In this document: in pieces, positions 60,982 to 64,000 of the stretch
Position numbering within the stretch: the first letter of the stretch is position 1
Layout: every line of letters begins with the position of its first letter
DNA from: Caldisericia bacterium
GTDB lineage: Bacteria > Caldisericota > Caldisericia > JAAYUI01
Reading direction: 5' to 3'
DNA: 64,000 bases
NCBI GenBank assembly: GCA_963674785.1
Contig: OY771555.1
Coordinates: 2,080,001 to 2,144,000, forward strand
Translations under genes and position numbers: made by a program
Notes under the pieces: generated by a model
The model's input: only the letters and a program-made list of their open reading frames with translations
The model's database searches: none
What the model was told of the DNA's origin: nothing

Positions 60982-62406
60982 ATGTCCGAAAAGAAAAAAG
61001 AAACATTAAACGATAAATTAGGTTATAAAACCAATCTTATATGGGAAAACGAAAAACTCCACAAGGAGATCATGGATTTCGCAGAACCGTACAAGAAATT
61101 CCTAACTGACAACAAAACTGAGCGTGAAGTTGCAAAATGGGCAATTGATCTTCTTGAAAAAGATGGCTTCAAAAAAGACAGCAAAGATGAGAAGAATTAC
61201 TCAGTAAACAGAGGAAAATCAGTGATTGCTGCAAGAATGGGTAAAAAGCCAATCACTGAAGGTTTTACACTCGTTATCGCGCATACCGACTCACCAAGAA
61301 TTGACCTTAAACAGGTTCCACTCTATGAAGATTCAGGCAATGCAATGCTTGACACACATTACTATGGTGGAATCAAAAAATGGCAGTGGACAAACATCCC
61401 ACTTTCAATTCATGGAACAATTGTCAAAAAAGATGGAACAAAAATTGATGTCTCTTGGGGCGAGGAAGACGATAAGGAATTTGGACCAGTATTGATCAGT
61501 GACATCCTCATTCACCTTTCAAAAGACCAGATGAGTCAGCCTGCAAGAAACATTATCACAGGTGAAAACCTTAACGCTATGGCAGGAACAATCCCACTTA
61601 CCGGAGAAGACTACAAGGATGAAAAAGATAAAGTTAAGCTTTATCTACTCAAGATTCTCAACGACAAATACGGAATCACCGAGGCTGATTTCCTCTCATC
61701 AGAGCTTGAACTCGTTCCAGCAATCAAGGCAAGAGACATCGGAATGGACAAATCCTTGGTAATGGGTTATGGTCACGATGACAGAATCTGCTCATACACT
61801 GCCCTCCGTGGACTTCTCGATCTTGACGAACAACCAGAGCTTACTGCAATCGTTTATCTTGTTGACAAAGAAGAGATTGGTTCAATGGGTACAACAGGCG
61901 CAGCAAACCAGTTCCTCGAGTATTTCGTTTCAAATCTTGCAGGTGGAGTTCCACTTTGGCCAATCATGCAGAAATCCTACTGTCTCAGTGCAGACGTTAA
62001 TGCCGCATACGATGTAAACTTCAAAGACAGATTTGAGTCAAAAAATGCTTCGTTCCTCGGTAAAGGTATCACCCTCACCAAATTCACAGGTAGTGGTGGA
62101 AAAGGTGGCGCAAGTGATGCGTCAGCAGAATTCGTCGCATCAGTAAGAATGCTTCTTGAAGACGAAAAGATTGATTTCCAGACAGCAGAACTTGGTTCTG
62201 TTGACATCGGTGGTGGTGGAACAGTCGCATACTTACTTGCAGACCGTGGAATCGACACCCTTGACGCAGGTCCAGCAGTGGTTGGAATGCACGCACCAAA
62301 CGAAACAATCAGCAAAGCTGACCTCTACAACACATACCTTGCATACAAAGCCTTCCTCCAGAAATTTGGCGGAAAATACATCAAGGTTGCAAAAAACACT
62401 GATTGA
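60982..62406 (+). CDS. M18 family aminopeptidase (ApeA-like)
   Basis: KTERE, AHTDSPRIDLK, YYGGIKKWQW, GHDDRIC, DKEEIGS, SADV, GMHAP. Confidence 0.92.
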   Translation: MSEKKKETLNDKLGYKTNLIWENEKLHKEIMDFAEPYKKFLTDNKTEREVAKWAIDLLEKDGFKKDSKDEKNYSVNRGKSVIAARMGKKPITEGFTLVIAHTDSPRIDLKQVPLYEDSGNAMLDTHYYGGIKKWQWTNIPLSIHGTIVKKDGTKIDVSWGEEDDKEFGPVLISDILIHLSKDQMSQPARNIITGENLNAMAGTIPLTGEDYKDEKDKVKLYLLKILNDKYGITEADFLSSELELVPAIKARDIGMDKSLVMGYGHDDRICSYTALRGLLDLDEQPELTAIVYLVDKEEIGSMGTTGAANQFLEYFVSNLAGGVPLWPIMQKSYCLSADVNAAYDVNFKDRFESKNASFLGKGITLTKFTGSGGKGGASDASAEFVASVRMLLEDEKIDFQTAELGSVDIGGGGTVAYLLADRGIDTLDAGPAVVGMHAPNETISKADLYNTYLAYKAFLQKFGGKYIKVAKNTD

Positions 62407-62858
62407 TGAAATTTAAACGAATAGTCAAAGAAGCAGAGCTTCCAAGACAAGCTCACGTAGGGGACGCCGGATACGATTTGGTTTCTTATAAACCAATCAA
62501 TCTGGCACCCCTGCAAAGGGTTCAAGTTATGTTGGGGTTTTCCATGGAAATCCCAGATGGACACGTTGGTCTTGTTTGTCCAAGATCCGGACTTGCTTCA
62601 AAACTTGGACTCACTGTTTTGAACTCACCTGGAATTATTGACTCCGGTTATCGTGGCGAAGTGGGAGTCATCATTATAAATCTTTCCAACCAGAATGTTT
62701 CACTCCCAGAAAAATCTCGGATTGCCCAACTTGTTATTGTTAAATTCTATTCAGAAAAAGCTGTTTGGTCGGAATCTTTGAATCAAACAGACAGAGGAGA
62801 AAAAGGCTTCGGATCATCCGGAGAAGTCATTTTTGAATCTGAAAAAGATATTATCTAA
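62406..62858 (+). CDS. dut: dUTP diphosphatase
   Basis: AGYDL, PRSGLA, NSPGIIDSGYRGE, RIAQL, RGEKGFGSSG. Confidence 0.96.
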   Translation: MKFKRIVKEAELPRQAHVGDAGYDLVSYKPINLAPLQRVQVMLGFSMEIPDGHVGLVCPRSGLASKLGLTVLNSPGIIDSGYRGEVGVIIINLSNQNVSLPEKSRIAQLVIVKFYSEKAVWSESLNQTDRGEKGFGSSGEVIFESEKDII

Positions 62859-62878
62859 ACAAACCCTTTTCCATATTT

Positions 62879-62906
62879 TTGAAAATTTTTCATTGTATGT
62901 TATCAT
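62879..62906 (+). promoter_or_regulatory. Promoter of pilM
   Basis: TTGAAA-N16-TATCAT with an extended TG. Confidence 0.5.
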
Positions 62907-62953
62907 GTACGCAATTGGTGGTTAGATTTTTTCTGTAGTCACGAAGGAGAAAT

Positions 62954-63961
62954 ATGAAATACGGTCCGATTGGTATTCATCTTGGTTCAGAGAAAGTTAA
63001 GATTTCACAGGTTTTTTCTGATGATATACAATTAAGAATGGTTGAGATGATTAGTCTTCCAACACCCGAAGGGTGTATCTCTGATGGTTATATAAAGACA
63101 CCGCGGGTACTCGGTGATTCAATTGGACGTGCAATAAAATCTTCGAAGTTCTTCGGCAATAGAGTAATGATTGCTATTCCAAGTGAAATATTAAGTATCA
63201 AGCTCATTACAACCAAAGAGGCAGCGAATCTAGATAGGGCTATCGCATCGAGATTATCTCAAATGGCATTCGAACATCCCGAAGACCTGACCTTTGATTA
63301 CAAGATTGCCAAAAAAGAAGATGACGACGTTACAGCAATTGTTGCCGTCACAAATAAGAAACACATCGCAAGAATAAGAGAAATGGCAGCCGAGGCAGAT
63401 TTAAGACTTGTTGGCACAGACCTTGAAATGCTTGCTATCTACAGATTGTCCAGTAAGTGTTACAAGACAAAAGATAAACCTGTTATGATTGCTCTTTTCA
63501 CTCCTCCAAAACTCAAATTGGCAATGTTTTCTAATACTGTCTTGAGTCAATTGGAAACAACAAATTTCCATGTTACAAGTGATCCAGAATACAACGATAT
63601 GCTCAAGCAAGAATTTGAGTCATTTCTGGAGAAGTATCGAAAAAACAACATCGTAACCGAACCTCCAACAATTTTCCTGGCGGGACTACCCAAACCAAGC
63701 ATCTCTCTTGAACATAATCTATGGAGGGATTTAGGTTTAAAAACAACTTCAATAAGGTGGAGTGAGCTTTTCAACATATCAAAAACATACACTAACATGA
63801 ATGAGTTAATAAACCGATTCGGTGCATTTTCATGTTCACTAGGTTTATCAATTGCAGACACTTCCATCCCAACCAGATTTAAAAGTCCGATTATTCCAGA
63901 TGGTCGAATAACAGAAATTGACCCAAAACTATTGGAATTCCCACAAAGGATTGAGCTATGA
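62954..63961 (+). CDS. pilM: Type IV pilus assembly PilM-like actin-fold protein (divergent)
   Basis: IGIHLGSEKVKI, PTPEGCISDGYI, LTFDY, IFLAG, SLGLS. Confidence 0.75.
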   Translation: MKYGPIGIHLGSEKVKISQVFSDDIQLRMVEMISLPTPEGCISDGYIKTPRVLGDSIGRAIKSSKFFGNRVMIAIPSEILSIKLITTKEAANLDRAIASRLSQMAFEHPEDLTFDYKIAKKEDDDVTAIVAVTNKKHIARIREMAAEADLRLVGTDLEMLAIYRLSSKCYKTKDKPVMIALFTPPKLKLAMFSNTVLSQLETTNFHVTSDPEYNDMLKQEFESFLEKYRKNNIVTEPPTIFLAGLPKPSISLEHNLWRDLGLKTTSIRWSELFNISKTYTNMNELINRFGAFSCSLGLSIADTSIPTRFKSPIIPDGRITEIDPKLLEFPQRIEL

Positions 63962-64000
63962 TTTTACTACTTTATTATTGCATCGGTGGATATATTTTGG
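63958..64000 (+). CDS. Start of a hydrophobic ORF (partial)
   Basis: ATGA overlap with the pilM stop; reads MILLLYYCIGGYIL up to the window edge. Confidence 0.4.
   Translation, partial: MILLLYYCIGGYIL

Overview
A bacterial chromosomal window with a standard genetic code (several genes end in TGA) and mostly housekeeping content. The stalk-domain/NHL surface proteins, butyrate kinase, ferredoxin and radical SAM enzyme suggest an anaerobe, possibly Caldisericota-like; this is inference only. In order: rimP-nusA-ylxR-infB; a split pseudokinase-ATPase-TPR-GAF gene; a Ser/Thr kinase with PEGA domains; large NHL/stalk surface proteins, including a C25 peptidase; rsmG; a PLP oxoamine synthase; thiN; an amidohydrolase; cdaA-cdaR; four tandem SurA/PrsA-like foldases; pyrRBCKDFE; an exosortase H-like cassette with an IPTL-CTERM-like S8 protein; two tRNAs; prfA-prmC-trxB-M24 peptidase; buk-crt; tagA-csaB-comF; an ECF S component; mraY; an M18 aminopeptidase; dut; pilM. 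The strongest observations are: (1) a tandem-HMA protein missed by the ORF track, with an in-frame TGA at the first Cys of its metal motif (M-U-P-A-C) and a SECIS-like hairpin, so probably a selenoprotein; (2) a convergent two-gene RiPP cassette next to it (Cys/aromatic precursor, perfect 30-bp palindrome, radical SAM/SPASM maturase); (3) an exosortase-sorted KP-43-type subtilase that appears to have lost its catalytic Asp and oxyanion Asn; (4) a recurrent 16-bp promoter spacer; (5) an RF1 with an atypical GGQCVQTCDS loop.
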